DNA of 45,583 bases from Polyangiaceae bacterium (GCA_044222475.1 JBGANF010000055.1:1-45583), one strand, 5' to 3'; shown: positions 32,243 to 44,099, counted from the stretch's first letter. Notes: generated by a model not told the origin, from the letters alone. Numbers and translations are program-made.

Positions 32243-32260
32243 CCTGCGATGGTAGCAGAC

Positions 32261-33451
32261 TCAGGGAGCGGGCGTGCCGCAGTTGGCGCAGAACTTCGCC
32301 GCGCCGGCGAGCTCGCCGCCGCAGCCCGTGCAGAACTTCTTCGACGCCGCGAGGGGCGTGCCGCACTCCTGGCAGAACTTGCCCGCGACTTGGATCGTCT
32401 TGCACTTGCCGCAGGTCGCCTGAGCGCCGGCCTGGAACTGAGGCTGCGCCGGCCCGGGCTTCGCTTGCGCGCCCGCCATGTTCTGCGCCATGCCCATGCC
32501 GACCGCGAGCTGCATGCCCGCGCCGGCCATGCCGCCGTCGCCGACACCGTGGGCCGCCATGCCCTGCCCCGCTCCGATCATGGCCTGACCGGCGGCGTAG
32601 TTCTGGTAGTTGCCCGCCACGTTCGCCACGTAGCGCGAGTCCTGCTGGTACTTCTGGTCGAGCTCGAACTGCTTCGCCTGAGCCTCGGCCTGTGCGCCAG
32701 CGACGCCGATCTGCTTGATGCGGACGGCGCGCTGCGCCTTCGCGATCTCGGCGTTCGCTTCCTGCAGACGCGTGCGATCTTCGTCGCTGAAGTTGATCTG
32801 GTAGTCCCCCATCTGGAGGATGCGAATGCCGATGTCGTTGAGGTCGGGGCACTTCGCGACGAAGGCCGTCGCGAGCTTCTGCCGCAAGCTCATCGCCTGG
32901 AGGACGCTCTTGCCCTCGATCTCGCAGAGCTCGCCGAGCGTCGTGCGGACGCCGTTGAGGAACAGGCCCTTCACCCAGTTGAGCACCTGATCGTTGTTTC
33001 CCGCGGTCGCCTGGCCGGCGTAGCCGACGATGAAGCGGACCGGGTCGGAGACGACGACCGAGAACTCGCCGAAGATGCGCGGCGTGACCTGCTCACCGGT
33101 GAGCGGATCGAGCATGTCGCCGATGGGGCCGCCGAACGGCACGCCGTAGATCGGCGACGTCTTGACGAAGAAGATCTCGGCGATGAACACGTCCCCGCCG
33201 GTGAACTTCGTGACGATCTGGTTGAGGAACGGGATGTTCTGCGACTGGAGCGTGTGGCGCCCGGGCGGGAGGACACCCACCACGCGGCCATCCTTGAAGA
33301 ACACCGCACACTCGTCGCTGTCGACGGTGAGCTGGGAGTAGAACGGGATGTTCTGATCCGGATGCTTGTAGACGATGAGGCTCTTCAGCTGATCCGGACG
33401 CGCGATCATCATCTCGCGCACGCCGTTCTTCACGAAATCGAACACACCCAT
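32261..33451 (-). CDS. SPFH/band-7 (YdjI-like) protein with C-terminal double zinc ribbon
   Basis: SQLTV...E.AVFFKDG...PGRHTL...NIPFL; GMGM-rich segment; CGKC/FCQECG/FCTGCG/FCANCG; GAGGAG RBS. Confidence 0.88.
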   Translation of the reverse strand: MGVFDFVKNGVREMMIARPDQLKSLIVYKHPDQNIPFYSQLTVDSDECAVFFKDGRVVGVLPPGRHTLQSQNIPFLNQIVTKFTGGDVFIAEIFFVKTSPIYGVPFGGPIGDMLDPLTGEQVTPRIFGEFSVVVSDPVRFIVGYAGQATAGNNDQVLNWVKGLFLNGVRTTLGELCEIEGKSVLQAMSLRQKLATAFVAKCPDLNDIGIRILQMGDYQINFSDEDRTRLQEANAEIAKAQRAVRIKQIGVAGAQAEAQAKQFELDQKYQQDSRYVANVAGNYQNYAAGQAMIGAGQGMAAHGVGDGGMAGAGMQLAVGMGMAQNMAGAQAKPGPAQPQFQAGAQATCGKCKTIQVAGKFCQECGTPLAASKKFCTGCGGELAGAAKFCANCGTPAP

Positions 33452-33563
33452 TCGCGACTCCTCTTTTCTCGATCCAGAAGGAACGAACCCTGCGGAGCAG
33501 GATAAGGCTGCCTTTGGCCGAGCGCTAGCGCGCAAAACGGTGGTACGACGATGTAGGAGCCCC

Positions 33564-34688
33564 ATGCAGCCGCCGGTCGATCTCTCCAAGCTTTCGCCGC
33601 TCGTTCAGCGAGTCGTGGATCCCAAGGGCCCTGCGCCCATGAAGGCCATGGCGGCCAAAGGCGTCGTCCCCGGCCTCAAAGGTTTCGAGATCGTCACCGT
33701 CATCGCGCTCCTGTCCGAGGGCGACGACGCGACGGCCCAGACCGCCCGAAAGACCCTCCACGCCCTCCCGGCGCCGCTCCTCGCCGGCGCCCTCGCCCCC
33801 GAGCTTCCTCCGGGCGTCGTCGCGCTCCTCGCGCCGCTCTACGCGAGCGACGTCGACACGATGGCGAAGATCCTCCAGCTCCCGCAGATCCCGATCGACG
33901 CGGTGATCGAGGTCGCGGGGCACTGCAGCGAGATGGTCGCCGAGCTCGTGGCCACCAACGAAGAGCGGCTGCTCGCCCACCCGGCGATCATCGAGAAGCT
34001 CTACATGAACAAGGCGACGCGCATGTCGACGTCGGACCGCCTCCTCGAGCTCGCGGTTCGAAACGGGATCGAGCTGACCGGCATCCCCGCGTTCGCCGAA
34101 GCGGCAGCGGAGATCGTGAACCAGCTCGTCGCCGAGCCGTCGCCGGAGCCCACGTACGACGACCTCCTGTTCAACGAGACCGATCTGATCGCGGCCTCGC
34201 TGCCGATCGATCCGGAGAAGGAGGACACGCACCGCGTGGACGAGCTCACCGGGAAAGAGGTCGTCGAGGAGAAGTTCACCAGCCTCGAGGCGAAGCTGCG
34301 CGAGATGACGGTGACGCAGAAGATCCGCCGCGCGATGCTCGGCACGCCGTCGGAGCGGATGATCCTCGTCCGCGACGCGAACAAGAACATCGCCCGCGCC
34401 GCGGTGAAGAGCCCGCTCATCCAGGAGAACGAAGTGGTCCGCATGGCGGCCAGCCGCAACGTCTCGGAGGACGTGCTGTCGATCATCGCGCGCAGCAAGG
34501 ATCTATCGAAGAGCTACCAGGTGAAGCTCAACCTGGTGAACAACCCGCGGACGCCGTTCGGCTTCGCGTCGAAGCTGATCATGCACCTGTTCGAGCATGA
34601 CCTGAAGAAGCTCGCGACCTCGAAGAACGTGATGGGCGCCGTCGCGAGCGCGGCGAAGAACCAGCTGCAGCGCAAAGGGAAGAAGTAG
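33564..34688 (+). CDS. Hypothetical protein, HEAT/LRV-like helical repeats
   Basis: AGGAG RBS; strong codon bias; QKIRRAMLG..ER.IL.RD and YQVKLNLVNNPRTP segments. Confidence 0.8.
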   Translation: MQPPVDLSKLSPLVQRVVDPKGPAPMKAMAAKGVVPGLKGFEIVTVIALLSEGDDATAQTARKTLHALPAPLLAGALAPELPPGVVALLAPLYASDVDTMAKILQLPQIPIDAVIEVAGHCSEMVAELVATNEERLLAHPAIIEKLYMNKATRMSTSDRLLELAVRNGIELTGIPAFAEAAAEIVNQLVAEPSPEPTYDDLLFNETDLIAASLPIDPEKEDTHRVDELTGKEVVEEKFTSLEAKLREMTVTQKIRRAMLGTPSERMILVRDANKNIARAAVKSPLIQENEVVRMAASRNVSEDVLSIIARSKDLSKSYQVKLNLVNNPRTPFGFASKLIMHLFEHDLKKLATSKNVMGAVASAAKNQLQRKGKK

Positions 34689-34700
34689 CTCGACCTGGCC

Positions 34701-35112
34701 GGCTGCGGCTGAACGAGAGACTTTCCAAGTTGCGCGCCCTCCTGCCGGATTGTTGCGTTGTCGCTCGGGAGCGGGAGCGGGAGCGGGAGGCTGCGTCAGG
34801 TCGGAGCTGGAAGTAGCTTCGTCATTCGTAGGAGGTCGTTGGCGGTGGCGGTGAAGTACGCGCAGAGCTAGCCGGGATGGCGGGTGGTTCGGGCATCGAT
34901 CGCAGAGCCACGACTTTCGGTGATGTTCTGCGCGACGCGCAGCACGACGTTCTTGTCGCCGCAGCCTTCGACGAAGTCGTGGGTGTCGACCCAGTCGGTC
35001 GCCGTCAGAAGAAGTTGCTCCTCCCGCTCCCGCTCCCACTCCCGAGCGACGACCTGACAAATCGGCAGGAGGGCACGCAACCTGCGACTACGCTTTTTCC
35101 GCAGCCTGCTAG
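34701..35112 (-). mobile_element. Internally deleted IS5-family element (non-autonomous, MITE-like)
   Basis: Imperfect inverted arms 34701-34790 and 35020-35106; end reads CTAGCAGGCTGCGGAAAAA on the minus strand. The interior (minus) encodes DFVEGC..KNVVLRVAQN...SAIDARTTRHPG* and then in frame YFTATANDLLRMTKLL, resembling IS5 transposase C-terminal motifs as recalled. Confidence 0.75.
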
Positions 35113-35831
35113 CGACCGATGCCCCAGACCTCGCCAGTGGCCCAGCTCGCATCGAGGAGCGCGAGGACCACGTGGACGACCTCCTCCGACGTACCGAAGC
35201 GACCGAGCGGCGAGCGCGTCGCCAAGCGGTGCGTGCGCAGCGGATCCGCGTCGGCCTCGGGGTCGGCGACGATCCCGAGCGCGACCATGTTCACCCGAAC
35301 GTCGGGGGCGAGCTCGACCGCGAGCGCGCGAAGACCGGTCGCGAGCGCGCCCTTCGCGGTGATGTAGGCGACGTGGTTCTCGTACGGTCTCGTGACCCCC
35401 GCGTCCCCGAGGGCCACGACGGCTCCGCGCGACTTGGCGAGGTCCTGCGCGAGACCATGGACGAGGAGCAACGGAGCGATCGCGTGGACCGTGAGCGTGT
35501 GCTGGAGATCCTCGCGACGCAGCGTCTCGAACGGCGTGCGGGGGAACGGCCCGCAGGCGAGGACGATGTCGTCGATCTCGAGCTTCTGCGCGCGGAGGCC
35601 GTCGACGATGACGTCGACCGCGTCCGTCTTGGTGAGATCGGAGCAGACGAACGGTACCGGGTCCGTCCCGCAGGCCGCACCGATCTCGGCGGCGAGCGCC
35701 CCGAGCTTGTTCGGGTCCCGTGCGGTGAGGATGGCGCGATCTCCGCGCTTGGCGAGGGCGTGTGCGATCGCGACTCCGAGTCGTCCGGTCGCACCCACGA
35801 TCAGCGTTCGGCGACCGGGCATGGACATCAT
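35109..35831 (-). CDS. SDR oxidoreductase, pteridine reductase/FolM-like
   Basis: GATGRLG (Arg typical of pteridine reductases), YITAK, LAVELAP.VRVN, PLGRFG. Confidence 0.85.
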   Translation of the reverse strand: MMSMPGRRTLIVGATGRLGVAIAHALAKRGDRAILTARDPNKLGALAAEIGAACGTDPVPFVCSDLTKTDAVDVIVDGLRAQKLEIDDIVLACGPFPRTPFETLRREDLQHTLTVHAIAPLLLVHGLAQDLAKSRGAVVALGDAGVTRPYENHVAYITAKGALATGLRALAVELAPDVRVNMVALGIVADPEADADPLRTHRLATRSPLGRFGTSEEVVHVVLALLDASWATGEVWGIGR

Positions 35832-35858
35832 TTACCCTGGTTCTGCTAGCCTCGACAC

Positions 35859-37094
35859 GTGCTTTCTTCGCACCGGCGCGGCTCGACCGCTTTGGTCATC
35901 GTTGGGCTCGGCGGTTTCGCGGCCGTGGGCGGGCTCGCCGCGTGCGCGGGGCTACTCGGCATCGAGGACCTGACCAACGCGATCGACGCGGGGCCCGACG
36001 TAGGTCCCGACATCGTCGAAGCTGCGCCGTTCGTCTGTACACCGGCTCACCCGGTCGAGCGGGGCGACGCGTCCGACGTCGATGGTGGCGCGCCGTATCT
36101 GTTCGCGATGAGCTCCTTGGCGGTGGGCCTCGGGCAGGGCGCGCAGATCGAGGGGCTCGCGTGGGACCTCGACGATCACTGCACCTGCACGGACACGGTG
36201 AAGCCCGAAGCGTGCGTCCGCCCGAATCCGAGCCAAAAAGAGACGTGCGATCTCGCCAACGGTCTCGACGTGGCTGGCAACTTGTCGCTCCGTCAAGCGA
36301 CGGCGCTGGTGCAGAAGATCAGTGACTCGAACCTCGCGACCCAGATGCAAGCCGGCAAGTTCGGTGCCCTCGTGGCCCTGCGCGACTGGAACGGCACCGA
36401 CGACGACCCGAAGGTGCGCGTCGACTTCGCGCCTTCGTACGGCACCGTCCTGACCGACGACGCCGGCGCCCCCATTCTGAACGGGAGCGGCTTCCTGCAG
36501 AACGCGCCGCTCAAGCACGACGGCACCGACAAGTGGGGCTTCGCCCCGTCGTTTGCCACCTCGGCTGCCCCGCTCGTCGACGCAACCGCCCGCGACGACG
36601 CCGCTTACGTACGGGGCGGGGTCCTCGTCGCCCACTTCCCGGTGGTCAACGTCATCGTCCAGTTCGACGTCGGGAACAGCAACCCCCTCGTCTTCCGTGT
36701 CGTCGAAGCGGTCACTGCCGCCAAGCTCGGTACCGGCGACGCGGGCGTGATGCGCCTCACCGACGGCCGCATCGGCGGTCGCGTCCTCGTCGCCGACATG
36801 TTGCGCTCGTTCGGTGCGTGGGAGGATCCGATCTCGTCGGGAGGGTTCATCTGCCCCAACACGACCTCGCTCACGTACGACTCGATTCAGGTCGCCATTT
36901 GCAGGAGTCGCGACGTGCGGGGCAGCGCCACCGACGACCACAAGGCGCTGCCCTGCGACGCGATCTCGTTCGGGATCGGCTTCACCGCCGAGCCCGCGAA
37001 GCTCTACGGTTCGGTGGGCTTCGCCTACAAGACCACGACGTGCTTCAACGGCACCGTGCCCACGACCCCAGCGACCGGCGACCCGTGCAAGTGA
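35859..37094 (+). CDS. Cys-rich hypothetical lipoprotein (paralog of 37101-38144)
   Basis: LAAC lipobox followed by AGLLGIEDL; conserved Cys pattern. Confidence 0.8.
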   Translation: MLSSHRRGSTALVIVGLGGFAAVGGLAACAGLLGIEDLTNAIDAGPDVGPDIVEAAPFVCTPAHPVERGDASDVDGGAPYLFAMSSLAVGLGQGAQIEGLAWDLDDHCTCTDTVKPEACVRPNPSQKETCDLANGLDVAGNLSLRQATALVQKISDSNLATQMQAGKFGALVALRDWNGTDDDPKVRVDFAPSYGTVLTDDAGAPILNGSGFLQNAPLKHDGTDKWGFAPSFATSAAPLVDATARDDAAYVRGGVLVAHFPVVNVIVQFDVGNSNPLVFRVVEAVTAAKLGTGDAGVMRLTDGRIGGRVLVADMLRSFGAWEDPISSGGFICPNTTSLTYDSIQVAICRSRDVRGSATDDHKALPCDAISFGIGFTAEPAKLYGSVGFAYKTTTCFNGTVPTTPATGDPCK

Positions 37095-37100
37095 CGGCCC

Positions 37101-38144
37101 TCAGTTGCAGGGCGACGTCGCACACTGCGCGGGCGTGAGGTCTCCGCCGTCCACGCTCGCCTGTCCGAACGCGTTGTCGGCGGCGGTGAAGCGGAAGGCG
37201 ACGCTGAGCGCGTCGCACTCGAAGCCCTTGTTGTCGTCCTTGGGGTTGGTCTTGATGTCCTGCGTGCGGCACAGGCTATCGGTGATGATGGAGGACACAC
37301 ACGTCGGGCCCACCTTGAGGCGCGAGATCTCCAGCGTCCCGTCCGCAGCGCTCCATCGCCCCGCGATGGTGCCCTTCAAGGTCTTCTTCGCGACGTCCAG
37401 AGATCCGATGACGTAGGCGCTGCGGAGGCGCATGAGGAACGTCCCGAGGCCGTTGCTCCGCGCGACGAACTGGAGATCTCCGAATTCGGCGCGGAGCACG
37501 CCCCCCGCGACCCACGCGACCGTCGATTGAGGCGCGCTCTGCATGCCGGCGTCCGCGAGGAGCCCGTCGACCGCCCACGAGCCCGCGTCGGGTCCGCCAT
37601 CGACGTCGACGCTCGCGCCGGTGACGACCCGCAGCGTCACCGAGGGGTCATCGGCGGCACCCGAGTAGTCGTCGAGGCGGAAGAGCAGCGTCCAGATGTG
37701 GTTCTTCACCGCGTCGACGACACGACCGGCGACGGTCAGCGGGAACGCCTTGTTCGCGAGCACGTTGACCGACGAGTTGTCGACCCCGCCGTCGCCGTCG
37801 ATCTGTCCGGTCGGGACCTTGCCCGCGAGCGGGACACAGGAACCCGCGTCCTCCGCGTACGTGCACCGCAAGTCGAGGTTCACGCCGGGCGGGTCGAAGC
37901 TGTCGCCGAAGTCGATCGAGTCGAGCGCGAGCAAGATCGGCCCCTGCGTCGTGCCGTCGGCGGTGGTCGGCTTGCGCGGACCAGGAGGAGTCGTGCACGG
38001 ATCGATCGCGGGGACGTCGGGGCCCGCTTCGATCGGGGGCGGCGTGCCGTTCTGGAGATCCTCGATGCCGAGGATGTTCGCGCACGCGACGAGCGCGCCG
38101 GCCGCGCCCAACGCCATGCCGACGAAGCGCGCGCGCCGCGTCAC
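37101..38144 (-). CDS. Cys-rich hypothetical lipoprotein (paralog of 35859-37094)
   Basis: GTGA overlap with the upstream stop; LVAC lipobox followed by ANILGIEDL. Confidence 0.8.
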   Translation of the reverse strand: MTRRARFVGMALGAAGALVACANILGIEDLQNGTPPPIEAGPDVPAIDPCTTPPGPRKPTTADGTTQGPILLALDSIDFGDSFDPPGVNLDLRCTYAEDAGSCVPLAGKVPTGQIDGDGGVDNSSVNVLANKAFPLTVAGRVVDAVKNHIWTLLFRLDDYSGAADDPSVTLRVVTGASVDVDGGPDAGSWAVDGLLADAGMQSAPQSTVAWVAGGVLRAEFGDLQFVARSNGLGTFLMRLRSAYVIGSLDVAKKTLKGTIAGRWSAADGTLEISRLKVGPTCVSSIITDSLCRTQDIKTNPKDDNKGFECDALSVAFRFTAADNAFGQASVDGGDLTPAQCATSPCN

Positions 38145-39163
38145 CACGTCCCCGAGATCCCCACTCCGGCGTATCCCGGCGCGAGGCTCGGGGACACCTT
38201 GACCGTCGTCGTCGACTGCTGCGGCTCGGGAGCGGTCTTGCCGCCGCCGAGGAGAAAGAGCACCGCTCCGCCGGCGGTTATCACGCCGCCGGCGATGAAG
38301 AGCACCGTCGATGCGGTCGCGAGCGTCGACGCGGTACCAGAAAGGGACGGGCCATCGCTCCCCGGCGTGCAGAGCCCGTCGGGGCGCGGGTTGCAGCTCG
38401 ACTTGGCGCTCGACCACGTCGCCGCGGCGGCGCCGCCGGTCGCCGCGCCGCCGATGAGAGTCGCGATGCCGACTCCGCCGACGACGAGCCCGATGGTGCG
38501 TGGAGTGGTCCAGAAGGTCGGCTTCTCGACGACCTTGGTCACGATCTCGATCTTCGGCTTCTCGACCGGAACGTCGACCAGCATGGGGACGACGAAGTCG
38601 GTGTTCGGAGCGTGCGGGTCGACCGTCACCTGCACCTTCTGCGGCACCTTCTGCGGGGCCGAGACCGTCATCTCGTGGGGACCAGGATCGATCGGGATCG
38701 GCGAGCCCCAAGCGCCCGAGTCGATCGCGACACCGTCGCGTTGAATCGCCAGACCGTCCACCATCACCTTCGGCTCCACCTTGATCGTGAGACGAACGAG
38801 GTGAGGCTCGAGGTCGGCGACCTTCTTGCGCGCGAACTCCTCGAACTCGGGCCGGTTCTGGCGTCGACCGAGGTTGATCGCGTCGTTGTACGTCGCCCAC
38901 GCGCTCGCGTTCTGTCCGTTCTTCTCGTAGCAGTCGCCGAGGTTGAGGAGCGTCCCGACGCGCTCGACCTGGCGGTTCGAGGCCAGGAACTTCGAGCACG
39001 CCTCGCGGTAGTTCTTCTGATCCATCAGCGCTTGCGCCTGATCGAAGAGCGCCTTCGCGGCCGCCGTACGCTCCGCGCTGGGCGCGGTCGCGTCTTCGGC
39101 GCGAGCGGCGAGCGGGGCGCTCGCGATCGCGAGCACGCAGAGGAGAGCGAGGCTGCGCTTCAT
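38141..39163 (-). CDS. Exported TPR + PEGA-like protein with C-terminal hydrophobic segments
   Basis: ATGA overlap with the kinase stop; signal peptide; GTLLNLGDCYEK.G..ASAW TPR; PIDPGPH PEGA-like; terminal GVGISGTW. Confidence 0.85.
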   Translation of the reverse strand: MKRSLALLCVLAIASAPLAARAEDATAPSAERTAAAKALFDQAQALMDQKNYREACSKFLASNRQVERVGTLLNLGDCYEKNGQNASAWATYNDAINLGRRQNRPEFEEFARKKVADLEPHLVRLTIKVEPKVMVDGLAIQRDGVAIDSGAWGSPIPIDPGPHEMTVSAPQKVPQKVQVTVDPHAPNTDFVVPMLVDVPVEKPKIEIVTKVVEKPTFWTTPRTIGLVVGGVGIATLIGGAATGGAAAATWSSAKSSCNPRPDGLCTPGSDGPSLSGTASTLATASTVLFIAGGVITAGGAVLFLLGGGKTAPEPQQSTTTVKVSPSLAPGYAGVGISGTW

Positions 39164-40563
39164 TCGAATTGTTTGGGCGGTGCGCTCACGGTGGGGGCAG
39201 CGCCTGCGTCGCGTTTGGGCGCCGACGTCACGGTCGTGGTCGACGGTCGCGCCGTTCCGGTGGTGGTGGTCGTCGTCGGGGGACGCGCCGTCGTGGCGGC
39301 GGTGGTCGTCGTGGTGGCCACCGTCGACGGTGGTGCGGTGGCAGTGGCCGCGGTGGTGGTGGTGCTCGAAGGAGCGGTCGTCGTGGCCGTCGGCGCGGTC
39401 GTCGCGACGGCGCCCGAGCTCGCTGCCGCCGGAGGCCCGGACGAGCTGCTGAGGGCCTTCGCGATCCCGATGCCGCCGCCGGCGAGCAGCAGGAAGGCCG
39501 CGGCGGCGCCGATCGCGAGGTTGCGACGCGACTTCTCGCCCGGGAGCGCCTGAGTCGCGCCCCAGGCCGTTCCACCGGTTCCGACCTTGGGATTGCGGCT
39601 GGACGTGTCGGCGGCGGAGATGCTCACCATCGGAGGGCGCGACGGAACCTGCAGCGTCAGCGCCGTGCGCTCGGCGGAGCCGCGCGACTCGGGCTGCCCG
39701 TACGGCTCGAGCGCCGCGGCGAGCTCGGCGACGTTCTGGAAGCGCTCCTTCGGATCCTTCCGCAGGCACTTCAAGATCACGGCCTGGAGCCCCTCGGACA
39801 GGGTCGGCTTGAGCGACTTCGGCGGCTCGGGCTCGTCTTGGACGACCTTGAGGCACAGCTCGGGTACGGCCTCGGCCTCCCACGGCACCCGACCGGTGAT
39901 GAGCTCGTAGAGGACGACGCCGAGCGCCCAAATGTCGGTGCGCTGGTCGACGCTCTTCGTCGAGCGCATCTGCTCCGGCGACATGTAGAGCGGCGAGCCC
40001 ATGATCGACGACGTGCGCGTCAGCGACAGGCCGGTCTGCGTGTCGATCGACTTCGAGATGCCGAAGTCGAGCACCTTGATCAGCGGGCGCCCGTCGACGC
40101 GTCGGGTGACGAAGAGGTTCTGCGGCTTGATGTCGCGGTGGACGATGCCGATCGAGTGCGCCTCGGCGATGGCTTCGCACGCCTGCAGGATGAAGCTCAC
40201 GGCTTCGTCGATCGCGAGGGGCGTCTCCTGGACGATGCGCGAGAGGTCGGCGCCCTGGAGGAACTCCATGACCATGTACGGCGCGCCCGACTCGAGCGTG
40301 CCGACGTCGGTCACCTTCGCCACGTGCTCGCTCTTCAGGCGAACCGCCGCCTTCGCTTCGCGGAGGAATCGCTCGACCGCTTCCTTGCTCTGGAGCGCGC
40401 CGGGCAGGAGGAACTTCAGCGCGACCTTCTGCTCGAGCTGAACGTGCGTCGCCGCGACGACGACACCCATGCCACCGACGCCGAGGACCGAGTCCACGCG
40501 GTACTTCCCGGCGAGGACGTCACCTATGGCGACGGGAAGGTCTGCATCGGGGGGCGGCGACAA
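39160..40563 (-). CDS. Transmembrane Ser/Thr kinase
   Basis: GAGGAG RBS; GVGGMG, VALK, HRDIKPQN, DFG, GSPLYMSPE; TM and Thr-rich tail. Confidence 0.95.
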   Translation of the reverse strand: MSPPPDADLPVAIGDVLAGKYRVDSVLGVGGMGVVVAATHVQLEQKVALKFLLPGALQSKEAVERFLREAKAAVRLKSEHVAKVTDVGTLESGAPYMVMEFLQGADLSRIVQETPLAIDEAVSFILQACEAIAEAHSIGIVHRDIKPQNLFVTRRVDGRPLIKVLDFGISKSIDTQTGLSLTRTSSIMGSPLYMSPEQMRSTKSVDQRTDIWALGVVLYELITGRVPWEAEAVPELCLKVVQDEPEPPKSLKPTLSEGLQAVILKCLRKDPKERFQNVAELAAALEPYGQPESRGSAERTALTLQVPSRPPMVSISAADTSSRNPKVGTGGTAWGATQALPGEKSRRNLAIGAAAAFLLLAGGGIGIAKALSSSSGPPAAASSGAVATTAPTATTTAPSSTTTTAATATAPPSTVATTTTTAATTARPPTTTTTTGTARPSTTTVTSAPKRDAGAAPTVSAPPKQFE

Positions 40564-40615
40564 TACGGTGCTCCTCGAACCAGGATCGCGCGACCAGCGT
40601 CCACACGCAAACGAA

Positions 40616-41755
40616 TTAGGTGAGCGGTTTCTGGTACACGCGGTATTTCTTGTAGACCTTCGCCCCCATCGAGCGAATGCCCAGGTTGATGGGCGCGTCG
40701 TCCTCGCGGGTCCAGGAGAGCTCGCCCCAGCGGTAGCCCTTGGCCGTGCCGCGCTTCGCCACTTCCACGTACATCGCGGCGGAGAGGCCTCCGTAGCGCT
40801 TCACGTTCGCCCGGGCCTCGCGCCGGATGCCGAGCATGACGAGCCGGGTGGAGGTCGGGTGCTTCACCTTGGTGCGGTAGATGAGCCGCGCCCAGTTGAG
40901 CGGAAGGAGCTTGCCCCCCATGTCGGCGATGACCTCGTTGAGGTTGGGCATCATGATGCACATGCCCATCGACTTCCCGTTGATCTCCGCGATGAACGCG
41001 ATGTCGGGGTCGATGATGAGCTTCATGTCCTTCGCGACCTTCTTCACTTCGTCGGGGAGCATCGGGACCATGCCCCACTTGCCCTCCCAAGCGTCGTTGT
41101 AGATGTCCATGATGTCGCGGAGCTCACGCTCCATCTGCGACGTGTCGACGGAGCGGAGTCGCACCTCGGGGAGGGCCTTGATGTCCTCCCACGCCTTGAT
41201 GACGCGCGCGGGGAACGGCTGGTCGGCGTCGTAGCGCCAACAGAGGAGGTCCTTCTCCTTCGCGTAACCGCACGCCTCGATGAGCTTGCCTTGGTACGGG
41301 CGCGAGTGCGCCATCATGAGGTTCGGCGGGTACTCGAAGCCTTCGACGAGACAGCCGACCTCGTCGTTGAAGTAGAGCGAGCACGGGCCGATCACCTTCT
41401 TCATTCCCCGCGCGCGGAGCCACTTCGTCGCGGCGGCGTCGAGCGCCTTCGCGACCTCTTCGTCGTCGATGGTGTCGAAGAAGCCGAAGAAGCCGGTGTC
41501 GTCTTTCTTCACGCGGAGATATTCGCGATCGACCGTCGCCGAGCACCGACCGACGAGCCGGCCATCTTTGCGCGCGGTGAAGAGGGCGACCTCGGCTCGC
41601 TGGAAGAACGGGTTCGACTTCGGGTTCAGCCGATCCTTCATGTCGAACTCGAGCGGCGGCACCCAGGTCGGGTCGAAACGAAAGACCTCGTGCGCGGCGG
41701 CGAGGAAGTCCTTCACGTTACCGCCGGGGCTGTGCTCGCGAATTTCGATGGCCAT
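40616..41755 (-). CDS. YghO-like double-GNAT acyltransferase (candidate bacterial ceramide synthase)
   Basis: WVPPL, NPFF, GFFGFF, GP...NDEVGCLVEGF..PP..MM.H, KDL, WG..P, ELSW..E.D and KKYR.Y motifs. Start ATG 41755. Confidence 0.75.
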   Translation of the reverse strand: MAIEIREHSPGGNVKDFLAAAHEVFRFDPTWVPPLEFDMKDRLNPKSNPFFQRAEVALFTARKDGRLVGRCSATVDREYLRVKKDDTGFFGFFDTIDDEEVAKALDAAATKWLRARGMKKVIGPCSLYFNDEVGCLVEGFEYPPNLMMAHSRPYQGKLIEACGYAKEKDLLCWRYDADQPFPARVIKAWEDIKALPEVRLRSVDTSQMERELRDIMDIYNDAWEGKWGMVPMLPDEVKKVAKDMKLIIDPDIAFIAEINGKSMGMCIMMPNLNEVIADMGGKLLPLNWARLIYRTKVKHPTSTRLVMLGIRREARANVKRYGGLSAAMYVEVAKRGTAKGYRWGELSWTREDDAPINLGIRSMGAKVYKKYRVYQKPLT

Positions 41756-41877
41756 GCGCGCCTTTCTAGGCCGAAGGGAGTTCCCGGTCCATCCGAAACG
41801 TGGCGGAAACATGGACCTTGGCACTCTCCGCGCCGCCCACGATTGCAGCCACGAAAAAGCCAAGGTACGGAGCCCCG

Positions 41878-44097
<2,220 letters not shown>

Positions 44098-44099
44098 GC

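Noticed and set aside
34868..35362. ORFs 34868-35152 (-) and 34877-35362 (+) as genes
   Set aside because: They span the IS remnant arms and overlap the SDR gene; only a transposase fragment is credible.
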